Below the pieces are notes generated by a model. That model ran no database searches. It saw only the letters and a program-made list of their open reading frames with translations, and was not told where the DNA came from. This document shows, piece by piece, positions 39,934 through 50,094 of a DNA stretch of 64,000 bases. Origin of the DNA: Candidatus Dadabacteria bacterium CSP1-2 (lineage in GTDB: Bacteria; Desulfobacterota_D; UBA1144; Nemesobacterales; CSP1-2); NCBI GenBank assembly GCA_001443445.1, contig LDXN01000008.1, positions 3,707 to 67,706 on the forward strand, in the 5' to 3' direction. How positions within the stretch are numbered: position 1 is the stretch's first letter; every line of letters begins with the position of its first letter. Both the position numbers and the translations under genes were made by a program.

Positions 39934-40860
39934 CTACACAGATGGTGTTCTCGTTTCGTAACAACCCACACTTAAAGGATTACATTTTGTAGTTTCTATT
40001 TGCAGTGTCACATGGTGGATTGCGAATTCATCGTGTAGATGCCTTTTAATTTCTTCAATAATTTTCTCACTCAAGTTAATATCTTCAATCACAAGATGTG
40101 CACTTAGTGCCTCAAAGCCTTGGGTCAGAGTCCAGGCATGAAGATCATGCACACCGAGCACTCCCTTATGAGACCCGATAGCCAATTCAAGAGATTCAAG
40201 GTCTATTCCCTTTGGAGTTCCTTCAAGAAGAACATGAACAGATTCAGTAAATATTTTCCAAGCGCTTCTAAGTATCAAAACCGAAATCAAGATACTTATT
40301 ATCGGGTCGGCATAATACCATTTGGTTTGTAGCATTACTAAACCTGCAACAAGCGCGCCAAAGGAACCAAGCGCATCACTAATGACATGATAAATGGCCC
40401 CCCTAATATTTAAGCTAATGCTCTTAATTCTTGAAAGAAGATATGCGCTAAGAAGATTAACGCCGAGACCGAAGAAAGCTACCACTGTCATCTCAAGGCT
40501 TTTTACTTCGGTTGGAATTCTCAATCTGTCATATGCCTCAACTATAATTCCAAGGGAGATACCAAAGAGAAGAAGACTATTTAAGAAAGCGGCTAGTATC
40601 TCAGCTCTATAAAATCCAAAGGTTTTTTGAGAAGTAGGTGGCTTAAGTGAGAACCATAGCGCGAAAAGGGCGAGTGTAATAGAAACAACATCTATCAACA
40701 TATGTGCTGCATCGGAAAGTAAAGCAAGGCTTCCTGTCAAAAACCCGGCCGCACCTTCTATTAGCATAAAACCAAAAGTGAGACAAAGTACAACTATAAG
40801 AGCATTCTTCTCTTTCAATTCCATTTTTGATGAAAGATTGTCTTGATCGTTCAAACCCAT
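39934..40860 (-). CDS. Cation diffusion facilitator (CzcD/ZitB-like)
   Basis: SLALLSDAAHM, TFGFYRAE, HVISD and HDLHAW. Confidence 0.92.
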   Translation of the reverse strand: MGLNDQDNLSSKMELKEKNALIVVLCLTFGFMLIEGAAGFLTGSLALLSDAAHMLIDVVSITLALFALWFSLKPPTSQKTFGFYRAEILAAFLNSLLLFGISLGIIVEAYDRLRIPTEVKSLEMTVVAFFGLGVNLLSAYLLSRIKSISLNIRGAIYHVISDALGSFGALVAGLVMLQTKWYYADPIISILISVLILRSAWKIFTESVHVLLEGTPKGIDLESLELAIGSHKGVLGVHDLHAWTLTQGFEALSAHLVIEDINLSEKIIEEIKRHLHDEFAIHHVTLQIETTKCNPLSVGCYETRTPSV

Positions 40861-40949
40861 TTTATTTAAAAATACATACGTTATAAATAAGAGTCAAAAG
40901 ATTATGTTAAAGTTATTTTGTGGAAGAAGTTAACTGCGGGGCAAGCAAA

Positions 40950-41762
40950 ATGGTAACAAGAAAACCAGCAGTAGCAGGCAAATTTTATGAGGGAAATGCT
41001 GAGGAATTAATTAAGGAGCTAAGTCTATTAGTAAAACCACTCCCCGATGTTGAAAAGAAAAAGATCCTTGGAGGAATCTCTCCACATGCAGGATATATCT
41101 ACTCAGGTCATGTGGCGGGCGAACTTTATTCAAGAATACAAATACCTCAAAGAATCGTAATTCTCTCTCCCAACCACACAGGATACGGGGCAAGAATCTC
41201 TATATTTCCAGATGGATACTGGGAAACGCCCCTAGGTAATGTAAAGGTTGATTCAGAGCTTTGTACCCTTATTCAATCAAGGTATAAATCAATAGTAAGG
41301 GAAACGGATGCTCATCTTTTTGAACACTCGCTTGAAGTTCAACTGCCTTTCATTCAGCATCTAAAAAGCGATTTTCAGATAGCTCCAATTACGCTCATGC
41401 ACCTTACATTTAAAGAATGTGAAATCCTAGGGAGAGCAATTAGTGATTCAATCAGGGAAATGGGAGAAGAAGTCCTAATCATAGCAAGCTCAGATTTAAA
41501 CCACTATGAGGATCAAAAAGTAACTGAGAAAAAAGATATGATGGCAATAGGAAAGGTGCTTTCACTTGACCCTAAAGGGCTTCTTGATGTTAAGTCGAGG
41601 TATGGCATTTCAATGTGTGGAGTAATTCCTACAACCGTTATGCTCATTTTATGTCTTGAGCTTGGAGCAAAGAAAGCCGAACTCCTAAAACACGCTACAT
41701 CAGGTGATATAAGTGGAGATTACAACCACGTTGTCGGCTACGGGGCAATTTGGGTTTATTAA
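40950..41762 (+). CDS. amrB: AmmeMemoRadiSam system protein B (MEMO1 family)
   Basis: PAVAGKFY, PHAGYIYSG, EHSLEVQLPF, SSDLNHY and VVGY. Confidence 0.9.
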   Translation: MVTRKPAVAGKFYEGNAEELIKELSLLVKPLPDVEKKKILGGISPHAGYIYSGHVAGELYSRIQIPQRIVILSPNHTGYGARISIFPDGYWETPLGNVKVDSELCTLIQSRYKSIVRETDAHLFEHSLEVQLPFIQHLKSDFQIAPITLMHLTFKECEILGRAISDSIREMGEEVLIIASSDLNHYEDQKVTEKKDMMAIGKVLSLDPKGLLDVKSRYGISMCGVIPTTVMLILCLELGAKKAELLKHATSGDISGDYNHVVGYGAIWVY

Positions 41763-41933
41763 CCTCAATTATTTCTAGAAATAATCGTTAGAAAAACCTG
41801 ATTGAAAATTAGACATTTCATCCGAATCCACAAAAATCACAAATAAAAATTCAAAATTTACAAGATCACCTTTTGAATGCTATAATTTTAGTTAGAGTAC
41901 ATAGTTGTTAATTATTTCATAAAGGGAAATCCG

Positions 41934-42557
41934 ATGGCTAGACAAGCCGTAATTGAAGATCCAAAAGGTTTAGAAGTAGAAATAATAAGCATGTGCGATT
42001 CAACCAGGGAAATGCTTTCCGCAACACGAGATGGTTTTAAAAGACAGGATAAAGAAAGTCTAAATTATGCAGAAAAGATAGGTCGGGAAATCCACCAAAA
42101 AGAAAAGGAACTGACACATTCAATTATTTCCAAGTTTTCGAGAACAGAAGAACCTATTAAAGACGTAGAAGTGCTTGGTTTTCTTCCCGCACACCTCGAG
42201 AGAATCGGAGACAACATTGAACTTCTTATAAGATGCATAAGAACGATGGCATACGAAGGGACACTTTTTAGTGAAAGAGCGATAAAAGAAACAAATACGC
42301 TTTTTGATAAAGCTATCGAGCTTCTTGAATGCCTTCGTGATGCCCTAAAAACGAAAAATAAAGTACTAATAAGATACGTCAAAGAGGAAGGAGAAAAATT
42401 TCAGGATATGATTAGCGAATATTCTCTTGCGCACCAAGAGCGTTTGATTGAAGGCACATGCTTCTCAAAGGCTTCTTCTGTTTATCTTGCTATTCTAGAT
42501 TACCTTGCCGAGGTTGAAAGACATATAAGACAGATGGCAAATAATATCGTACTTTAG
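41934..42557 (+). CDS. PhoU-domain protein
   Basis: HLERIGD and HQERL...C pattern of Na/Pi cotransporter PhoU domains. Confidence 0.75.
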   Translation: MARQAVIEDPKGLEVEIISMCDSTREMLSATRDGFKRQDKESLNYAEKIGREIHQKEKELTHSIISKFSRTEEPIKDVEVLGFLPAHLERIGDNIELLIRCIRTMAYEGTLFSERAIKETNTLFDKAIELLECLRDALKTKNKVLIRYVKEEGEKFQDMISEYSLAHQERLIEGTCFSKASSVYLAILDYLAEVERHIRQMANNIVL

Positions 42558-42652
42558 TTGCTATTTTCCCTATTAAGATAGCTGAAATATAGAAATTATC
42601 TTTTAAATCCATATAATTAGAATAATTTAGTTATGCCGCCAAGGGAGGAAAC

Positions 42653-42847
42653 ATGAAAAGCCCAAAGAATATTATTACTCTAATAATTATTCTATTGATT
42701 GTGATTGTATTAGCACAAAACGCCAAAGCTGTAGATGTAAGGTTTCTCTTTTGGAACTTTTCTACATCTGCATTTATTATGTATCTAATTTTCTACGTTG
42801 TTGGTGTGATATCTGCACTTATCGGGATTGTTTGGCGAAAGATATAG
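42653..42847 (+). CDS. LapA/DUF1049-like small membrane protein
   Basis: QN...V.VRFLFW between two hydrophobic helices; GGAGG RBS. Confidence 0.75.
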   Translation: MKSPKNIITLIIILLIVIVLAQNAKAVDVRFLFWNFSTSAFIMYLIFYVVGVISALIGIVWRKI

Positions 42848-42857
42848 TAAAATTAAT

Positions 42858-42886
42858 GTAGAGACGACCCGACGGGTCGTCTCTAC
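42858..42886. repeat. GTAG REP palindrome
   Basis: GTAGAGACGACCCGACGGGTCGTCTCTAC; the twin at 51627-51655 differs only at the central base. Confidence 0.92.
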
Positions 42887-42940
42887 TGAGAGGCCACCGG
42901 TTTTATTACAATACTAAATTTTCAAAAATCGTGAGAACCG

Positions 42941-44572
42941 TCATGCAAATATCAATAATCCACCGAATTTCTCCACTATCTTGAGATTCTCTCTATAGTC
43001 AACAGGACAATCTACAATAACAGGTTTGTTTTTTGAGAAGGCTTCTTCCAAAACAGGCTTAAGCTCCCCTGCGGCTTCGATTCTATACCCAATAGCACCG
43101 AAGCTTTCTGCAAATTTAACGAAATCCGGGTTTCCAAAGTTCACATGAGACTTTCTTCCAAAAGTAATCTGTTGTTTAATCTCTATGAGACTATAGCTTT
43201 TGTCGTGGAAAACCAAGCTCACGAACGGCACCTCTTCTCTTACGGCAGTTTCAAGTTCCTGTGAATTCATCAGAAATCCTCCATCTCCTGTGACGGTTAC
43301 TACTTTTCTCTCTGGATAAAGTAGCTTTGCTGCAATTGCACCAGGAACCCCAACACCCATTGATGCAAATCCATTTGAAATTATACATGTATTTGGTTTA
43401 TAACATGGATACACCCTAGCAACCCAGAGCTTATGGGCCCCGACATCGGAGATGACTATATCGTCCTCTCCCATTATATCCCTTAGATCAGAAAGAATCT
43501 TTTGTGGCTTTGGAGGAAAAGACTTGTCGTTTTTATATGCCTCACACTCTCTTAGTATCTGTTCTCTAAGAGCTTTTGAATAATTCGCTTCATTTTGCCT
43601 TGCTCTATCAGCAATCTCTCTAAGCGATATAGATATATCCCCTGTCACTCCAACACTTATTATATAGTGAGCATCAACTTCGGCAGGAGACATATCAATA
43701 TGAACGATTTTTTTGTCTCGATTTGGATTCCACTTCTCAGGGGAATATTCAACAATGTCATACCCTATCGTAATTATAACATCCGCTCTAGCCAATCCAG
43801 ACGCGATATAATCACCCGCTTGAAGACCAACTGTAAAAAGCGAAAGCTCGTTGTTATCAGAAAGTGCCCCCTTTCCCATAAAGGTATGCGCTACAGGAAT
43901 ATTTAATTTTTCGGCAAAATACAGAAGAGCATCTGCAGCCCTTTCTCTTATAACACCATTTCCAGCTAAAATCATCGGATATTTAGCCTCAGAAATTATT
44001 TTAGCTGCTCTTTCGACCTGGGCAGCAAGAGGCTCAGGGCTGAAAGGAAACTGTACAAAAAGAGGTTTTTCATTTACATCCATACCTGCTACATCTTCGG
44101 GAAAATCTATATGAGTTGCTCCAGGCTTTTCCGTCTCGGCAACTTTGAATGCTTTTCTCACAGCTTCCGGGATGACCTCTGGTTTTTTAATCTGAGTGTT
44201 CCACTTAGTTATAGGATGAAATATTCCTACAATATCAATGTATTGATGAGATTCCTTATGCATCCTATCAAGCGAAGCCTGCCCTGTAATCGCAACAATT
44301 GGAGCTCTATCCATATTAGCATCTGCTACACCTGTCATCAGGTTTGTGGCACCAGGTCCAAGTGTTGAAAGACAAACACCCGCCTTTCCACTCAACCTCC
44401 CATATACATCAGCCATGAAAGCCGCGCCCTGTTCATGGCGTGTTAATATAAACCGCATTTCTGAATCAAGAAGGGCATCCATGATATCAATATTCTCTTC
44501 CCCGGGGAGGCCAAATATATATTTAACCTTTTCATTTTCAAGACATTTCACAAGCAGTTCAGAAGCCTTCAT
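42941..44572 (-). CDS. Acetolactate synthase large subunit-like ThDP enzyme
   Basis: FGLPGEEN, RHEQGAAFMA, TLGPGATN and GDGGFLMN. Confidence 0.9.
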   Translation of the reverse strand: MKASELLVKCLENEKVKYIFGLPGEENIDIMDALLDSEMRFILTRHEQGAAFMADVYGRLSGKAGVCLSTLGPGATNLMTGVADANMDRAPIVAITGQASLDRMHKESHQYIDIVGIFHPITKWNTQIKKPEVIPEAVRKAFKVAETEKPGATHIDFPEDVAGMDVNEKPLFVQFPFSPEPLAAQVERAAKIISEAKYPMILAGNGVIRERAADALLYFAEKLNIPVAHTFMGKGALSDNNELSLFTVGLQAGDYIASGLARADVIITIGYDIVEYSPEKWNPNRDKKIVHIDMSPAEVDAHYIISVGVTGDISISLREIADRARQNEANYSKALREQILRECEAYKNDKSFPPKPQKILSDLRDIMGEDDIVISDVGAHKLWVARVYPCYKPNTCIISNGFASMGVGVPGAIAAKLLYPERKVVTVTGDGGFLMNSQELETAVREEVPFVSLVFHDKSYSLIEIKQQITFGRKSHVNFGNPDFVKFAESFGAIGYRIEAAGELKPVLEEAFSKNKPVIVDCPVDYRENLKIVEKFGGLLIFA

Positions 44573-44727
44573 GTTAATCCTTAATCAAAGTTTTATACTA
44601 ACTCCTACCCTTCCTAAATCAAATTTCAAAAGAATAAGTTACTAAGTAGAACCTGATAATATCGAATGCTATTTGAATTATCATAATACTTGTTTAGAAT
44701 TTTTACAAATTAAACCAAAGATGATTT

Positions 44728-45153
44728 TTAAAGAGGAGGCTCAATTTTTATCTTTGTTCCTAATTCGACCCCGGTTGCATCCTTAGGGTTCACTTCAAGC
44801 ACATATTTCGCAGGGCGAAGCGGCGTATAAACCTTGCATTCAGAATAGGGATTTTGTTTTCCAATACAGGGTTTAGCGTTCACAATGTGGACAATTATTC
44901 CATCACTATCAATCCATAGTATAGCTAGTTCAATTAATGTATCTTTCATCCAGAAACTAGGAAATGCTTCTCTATCATATATAAAAATCATTCCACAATT
45001 AGGACAGAGAGATTTTCTTCCTTGAAGACCTTTCTGCTTGTCCTTCGCTACCTCAGCTTCTATCTTTACATCGTTAGGTAGCGTTATCAAATAAGAATCC
45101 AAACCAGTTTCAGCTAGAACTAAAACTAAGAACAAAATAAGTTGCTTTATCAT
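44728..45153 (-). CDS. DUF192 protein
   Basis: GL..R..L...GMIF, FWMKDT and YVLEV. Confidence 0.85.
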   Translation of the reverse strand: MIKQLILFLVLVLAETGLDSYLITLPNDVKIEAEVAKDKQKGLQGRKSLCPNCGMIFIYDREAFPSFWMKDTLIELAILWIDSDGIIVHIVNAKPCIGKQNPYSECKVYTPLRPAKYVLEVNPKDATGVELGTKIKIEPPL

Positions 45154-45161
45154 TGGATTTC

Positions 45162-45446
45162 CTACTTTTTAAAAACCCTTTTTACAAACCGGTCCTCATC
45201 AAGCTCCGAAATTAGATAGCCAATTTCATATTGATTACCTGGATAACAATAAAGCCTTATTCCCTGAGGTGTAATCAAAAACTTACCCTCCTTTTTTGTG
45301 CCATCGGGAAGCTTCACTTCATAAACCGTAAATCCCACAGTGCCTCCGCCAATATTCACAATCTTTCTTTCTTCTCTTAGTATTCTCACGCCTTCTGCTA
45401 TATCCCAAACCTTTGGATATATCTGACCTTTAACTTCTAGCTTCAT
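45162..45446 (-). CDS. Hypothetical protein
   Basis: Start placed at MKLEVKG; the longer track ORF begins inside REP sequence. Confidence 0.55.
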   Translation of the reverse strand: MKLEVKGQIYPKVWDIAEGVRILREERKIVNIGGGTVGFTVYEVKLPDGTKKEGKFLITPQGIRLYCYPGNQYEIGYLISELDEDRFVKRVFKK

Positions 45447-45492
45447 ATCAGTGTTATATTTAGTTTTCCGATCATGCCTGCTTGACGGGACA

Positions 45493-45586
45493 AGAATGTC
45501 TCGTCTATCCTGATTATTATGCACGGATAGGCGGGATTTTCGAATCCCGCCAGCCAACAATGCAGGACTCGAAAGTCCAACCTATC
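45493..45586. repeat. GATAG/CTATC-type REP cluster
   Basis: GATAGGCGGGATTTTCGAATCCCGCC and related units ending in CTATC. Confidence 0.7.
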
Positions 45587-45763
45587 TAGTTTCATAAGAG
45601 TCCTCGATATAATTTTATTGTAACCCGAAGTTTAGAGCTATTTCTCGCATCTTATATTTCTCATCGTACATTTTGTTTGTAGTAGAGAGAATTCAATGCA
45701 CCATATACCTACGCCAAGGCGATCTGCTTACTTTCTTTAATACATAAATTCTAATGAGAACAC

Positions 45764-46117
45764 TCAAATCACAAAAAATCTCTTGAAAACTTCAACCCTA
45801 GAAATCATACCTACACAGGTTAGGAGTAAGTCCAGCTTTTTATTTCGTTCATACACAAACCGCGCTTTTAATTCTCCTCCACAATACTGGCAATTTGATT
45901 CTTCAGCCCATTTGTCACACTTCTCACAATACTCACCCTTTTCGTTATACCAGGTAAATAGGGAATAAACTAACTCATTTAATCCTCTTTTACCCAAAGA
46001 ATCAGACCAATCACTAAGAGCCTCTTTTATACCTTTTCGGAATCTCTGCGGGACTTCAGTCAGATCACCCGAATAAATTTCTTCTTTATCCACATAAATC
46101 CTAAAGAAAAAGTCCAT
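45764..46117 (-). CDS. Hypothetical protein with CxxC-CxxC zinc ribbon
   Basis: CEKC...CQYCGG; start placed at MDFFFRIY because the upstream extension is repeat-derived. Confidence 0.6.
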   Translation of the reverse strand: MDFFFRIYVDKEEIYSGDLTEVPQRFRKGIKEALSDWSDSLGKRGLNELVYSLFTWYNEKGEYCEKCDKWAEESNCQYCGGELKARFVYERNKKLDLLLTCVGMISRVEVFKRFFVI

Positions 46118-46230
46118 CTTCTTACTTAATCCGTGATTCGTGTATTGTGGATTGTGGATCGTTTTTTGTGAACCGAATCGTTCGACTGAGCTCACGACGA
46201 AGTCACGAAACACTAGTCACGAACCACCAG

Positions 46231-46364
46231 TTAGTCTCCACAACCTTCCTGGTATCCACAGTACTTGCACATAGCATGACAACCAATCCTCATTAGAGGC
46301 TACTACAATTAGGACATATAGTAATATCTTCAGCTTCATCTTTCGCTGAACCTTCTTGAGTCAT
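46231..46364 (-). pseudogene. Small zinc-finger protein with 1-nt frameshift
   Basis: MTQEGSAKDEAEDITICPNCSS / LMRIGCHAMCKYCGYQEGCGD*; span 134 nt. Confidence 0.55.
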
Positions 46365-46854
46365 AGTCTTTTAGTGTTTTACCTAAGATTTGTGGATTAT
46401 TTTGAATATATTCCCTGATTTTGTTTAATCCATCTTCATTACGAATTATATGTTCATAATAGTTACGCTGCCATAATGGAATTCCTGGTGTTTGATGAAT
46501 ATCATTAATTAGTATTGAATTGGAAACGGGTCTGCCAAATTGTTCAAATGTAGGGGCACGTTGCAACGTGCCCCTACTATCATTGTTAATAACAATAATA
46601 ATTCCGTGAAAATGGTTGGGCATTACAATATACTCATCCAATATCAAATTTCTTCGCAAGTCAAATGTTTTTAGCCATTCTGTTTTAACAATTTCGCCTA
46701 ATTGGTTTAATACTATTTCCCCACCTACTACATCACCAAAAACACATTCTCCTTTTTGTGTACATACCGTTATAAAATATGCCCCTGGCTGTGAATAATC
46801 GTATTCTTTCAATCGAACCGACCTTCTATGATGAATATCAGGATTGTATTTCAT
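46336..46854 (-). pseudogene. RAYT3, probably internally deleted and 3'-truncated, with an internal perfect REP palindrome
   Basis: RAYT motifs present; lacks the II..FK helix seen in RAYT1/2/4; similarity ends after IQNNP; REP at 46550-46577. Confidence 0.8.
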
Positions 46855-47051
46855 ACTAACCTTACCCTCCTATATATTCACAAACACACACCTAACACAA
46901 TAAATCCCGTCCCCTTGTTCTTTTGAGCAACCGCAAGGGTTGTCCCTAAAAATATTATCACGTCTATATCCATTAACCCTGTATTCTCCCCCTTATAATA
47001 GAAACGAAATTTAGAATCTTTACTATTATAGGTAATTACAGAAGCCCTGGC

Positions 47052-49172
47052 TTACCGAACTACAAAAGTCCTTATAGTCTCAGCGAGTACGTTTGGATCA
47101 TTAGTAGGCTCCGCGCATCTGGTACCAGCACAGACGCAAGCAACAGGTGATTTTAATTTTGATATTTCCTGGATAGTTTGAGATAGGTTCCCTAGCTCAC
47201 TATTAGATGAGTTTATCTGAATAACGATTTTATGCGGTCTGTAAATCGACCATGCAGTTCTTAGAAGTTCTTCTACCCTTTGATCATCCCTTTCACCAAC
47301 AATAACAACCCGAGGCGGATGTTTGACGTGATTATGTAAAGCAAGAAAGTAAGTGGCTGCGTAAAGACCGAATTTCTCAGCGACTCCACTAAAATACATT
47401 AGTGTATTCTCTGAATATTCTCGATAACGATAATCATCTGTTAGATAGTGTAATCTGTCGAAAAAGGCTGCGGCGCTTGCGTTGGGTGACGGTATTGGGT
47501 CATCCTGAATTGGCTTAAAACGATTCTTTAATATGACTACTCTATCATTCGTCTCTTCTATATCGAAGAATCCCCCGTTTCTTTCATCATAGAATTTCTG
47601 GGTGACCAAATTAGCCAGATTAATTGCCTTTCCAAAATAAAAACCATTTCCCGAGGTCTCGTAAGCATCTAGACATGCAATCCCCATTTTTACTTGATCA
47701 TCAAGAAATCCGACGACTTTTGCTCGTCCATCAAAATAGGTGTGACAAAAACCTATTCCTTCTTCAAAGCAGTTTCTAAGTAGAAAATCTAGAGTCTTTA
47801 TGGCTAAATCCCTTGCTCCTTCATCTCCTAGAACCTTGTAAGCCAGAAGAAAAGCTGAAACCATCATGGCGTTCCAATTTGTATAAATTATCTTATCTAC
47901 ATATGGAGTAGGTCTTCTTTTTCGTGCTTCAAAAAGACGACTCTTTCCTGATTCTATTAACTCCCTCACTTTCTCATTAGAAATATTAAGCCTTCTTGCA
48001 ATCTCTTCTGATTCCATATCAATAAAAAGAAGATTCTTCGCAGGATTGTGCTTCATCTCGCCTCGTGAGTAAATATTGTAATAAAGAGATATAACCTTGG
48101 CCTCCTCAGAACTAAGAGCATCTTCTACCTCCTCCTTTGTCCATGTGAAGTAATCACCATCGTCGTGAAGGTCAATATCAGCATCCTGACTTCCATAAAA
48201 CCCTCCATTTTCTTGGTCAGAAAGAACATCCATCACAAAACCTATAATTCCTTCTGCTATGCGACGGAAAAAATCGTTACCTGTAACCTGATATGCTAGA
48301 AGATAGGTTTTTAAATGTTCGGAGTTGTCATAGGACATCTTCTCAAAGTGAGGAACGATCCATTGAGCATCTACAGAATAGCGATGGAATCCGCCTCCAA
48401 TCTGGTCATACATTCCTCCCTTTGCACTTTTTGTGAGTGTTTTATCTATTATGTGTAAGAACTCTTCGTCTTTGGTTTCAAAGTAACGAGCAAGTAGGAG
48501 TTCGACTGCACCAGAATGCGGGAATTTCGGCGCAACTCCAAACCCGCCATTTACCGAGTCGAATGAATCCATCATATTTTCAATAGCTCTATCGACTAAG
48601 AGAATGTTAAGCTCACCAGGGGATGACTCAAATTGATTTGCTAGCAAAAGCGCCTGGTAGATTTTATTTGACTCGGAAACGACAGCCTCTTTATTTTTTC
48701 TGTAATAATCAATAACCCTATTGAGCACATTACGAAAAGAAGGTAGGTTTTGTGTATCTCTAGAAGGGAAATAGGTGCCCCCAAAAAATACCTTTCCTTC
48801 CGGTGTCATAAATCCAGTAAGAGGCCAGCCACCTTGACCTGTAAGAGCACTTACCGCCTGCTGGTATCTTCTATCAACATCTGGTCTTTCATCCCGATCC
48901 ACTTTTATTGCGATAAAATTCGCGTTGATTATTTTTGCAATCTCTTCATCCTCATAACTTTCCCTGTCAATAACATGGCACCAGTGGCACCATACAGCAC
49001 CGATATCTAGGAGAATAGGACGGTCTAATTCTTTTGCCTTCTGGAAAGCCTCTTCACACCAAGGATACCAGTCTACAGGCTGATGACTCGCGCTTCTTAA
49101 ATACGCACTTGATTCATCTGCTAACCGATTCTTTCCTTCTTGTGTCACCATTTCACTCATAATAACTTTCAA
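47052..49172 (-). CDS. Thioredoxin-domain protein YyaL/DUF255
   Basis: NRLADE.S.YL, WCHWCHV, DRDERPDVD, GGWPLT and VPHFEKM. Confidence 0.92.
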   Translation of the reverse strand: MKVIMSEMVTQEGKNRLADESSAYLRSASHQPVDWYPWCEEAFQKAKELDRPILLDIGAVWCHWCHVIDRESYEDEEIAKIINANFIAIKVDRDERPDVDRRYQQAVSALTGQGGWPLTGFMTPEGKVFFGGTYFPSRDTQNLPSFRNVLNRVIDYYRKNKEAVVSESNKIYQALLLANQFESSPGELNILLVDRAIENMMDSFDSVNGGFGVAPKFPHSGAVELLLARYFETKDEEFLHIIDKTLTKSAKGGMYDQIGGGFHRYSVDAQWIVPHFEKMSYDNSEHLKTYLLAYQVTGNDFFRRIAEGIIGFVMDVLSDQENGGFYGSQDADIDLHDDGDYFTWTKEEVEDALSSEEAKVISLYYNIYSRGEMKHNPAKNLLFIDMESEEIARRLNISNEKVRELIESGKSRLFEARKRRPTPYVDKIIYTNWNAMMVSAFLLAYKVLGDEGARDLAIKTLDFLLRNCFEEGIGFCHTYFDGRAKVVGFLDDQVKMGIACLDAYETSGNGFYFGKAINLANLVTQKFYDERNGGFFDIEETNDRVVILKNRFKPIQDDPIPSPNASAAAFFDRLHYLTDDYRYREYSENTLMYFSGVAEKFGLYAATYFLALHNHVKHPPRVVIVGERDDQRVEELLRTAWSIYRPHKIVIQINSSNSELGNLSQTIQEISKLKSPVACVCAGTRCAEPTNDPNVLAETIRTFVVR

Positions 49173-49219
49173 AATTAAACAATTAGTGGCTCATCTTCAA
49201 ATAGGATAGGCAATTTTAT

Positions 49220-49487
49220 GGGCAAAGGCATGCCTTGTCCCTACTTTGCTGTCCACAAGCAAGCCTGTTCCGATGTATTCTACTTAGTCTTAGCCATACT
49301 CAGAACAAACGGGAGCTCATTATTATCCGAGGCTGGAAAACCTCGGCTATCGTTATGTAATTATTTGTATGGAACCTTCGATAGTCGCGACTTTCCAGTC
49401 GCGGATTTTTATAATTGGAATTTATCTCGGCATGGCCTGCCCTGAGCCAGGTCCCCGATTTAATCGGGGAAGGGATGCCGCTCCTAC
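49220..49487. repeat. REP mosaic (GTAG and GATAG types) with a doubly nested insert at 49436-49474
   Basis: Units at 49220-49244, about 49328-49351, 49380-49403 and 49427-49487. Confidence 0.8.
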
Positions 49488-49497
49488 GACACATAGG

Positions 49498-50028
49498 TTA
49501 CCCCTTTTTTTCTTTTATTGCCTTAATAATCTCGCGCATAAAGGCAGGCAGGTCATCTGGGATGCGTGATGTCACCAAGTTTCCATCTCTTACAACCTCA
49601 GCATTTATATACTCAGCTCCTGCATTTACAATGTCATCCCTAATAGCACTAACGCAGGTCACCTTTTTACCCTTTAGTATTCCTGCCGAGACCAACACCC
49701 ATCCAGCATGGCAGATAGCTCCAATTACCATGCCATGATCAAAGGCATCTTTAACCAGTCTTAACATCGCAGGGTAACGGCGCATATAATCTGGAGCATA
49801 GCCTCCGGGGACAATGACACAATCGAAATCTACACCCTTAACCTTGTCTGCCGAAGTGTCCACTTTTACTGGATAACCATGTTTACTGTTATACGTGTCA
49901 GAACTTCCACTTCCTACTACAATTACCTCCGCTCCTTCTTCTCTAAACCTATAAAGCGGATACCAAAGTTCTAATTCTTGATATTGGTTCTCAGCTAAGA
50001 TCGCAACCCTTTTCCCTTTTAGTTCCAT
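49498..50028 (-). CDS. PfpI/DJ-1 family protein
   Basis: ELELWYP, PGGYAPD, AICHAG and TSR.PDDL. Confidence 0.92.
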   Translation of the reverse strand: MELKGKRVAILAENQYQELELWYPLYRFREEGAEVIVVGSGSSDTYNSKHGYPVKVDTSADKVKGVDFDCVIVPGGYAPDYMRRYPAMLRLVKDAFDHGMVIGAICHAGWVLVSAGILKGKKVTCVSAIRDDIVNAGAEYINAEVVRDGNLVTSRIPDDLPAFMREIIKAIKEKKG

Positions 50029-50042
50029 GATTGCCTCCTTGA

Positions 50043-50094
50043 CTAGGAATTGGGAATTAGGATTAATTCCTAACTCCTAATGCCTAATTCCTAA
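50043..50094. repeat. Inverted 7-bp repeat hairpin (TAGGAAT/ATTCCTA)
   Basis: TAGGAATTGGGAATTAGGA followed by TCCTAACTCCTAATGCCTAATTCCTA; related array at 61040-61070. Confidence 0.75.
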
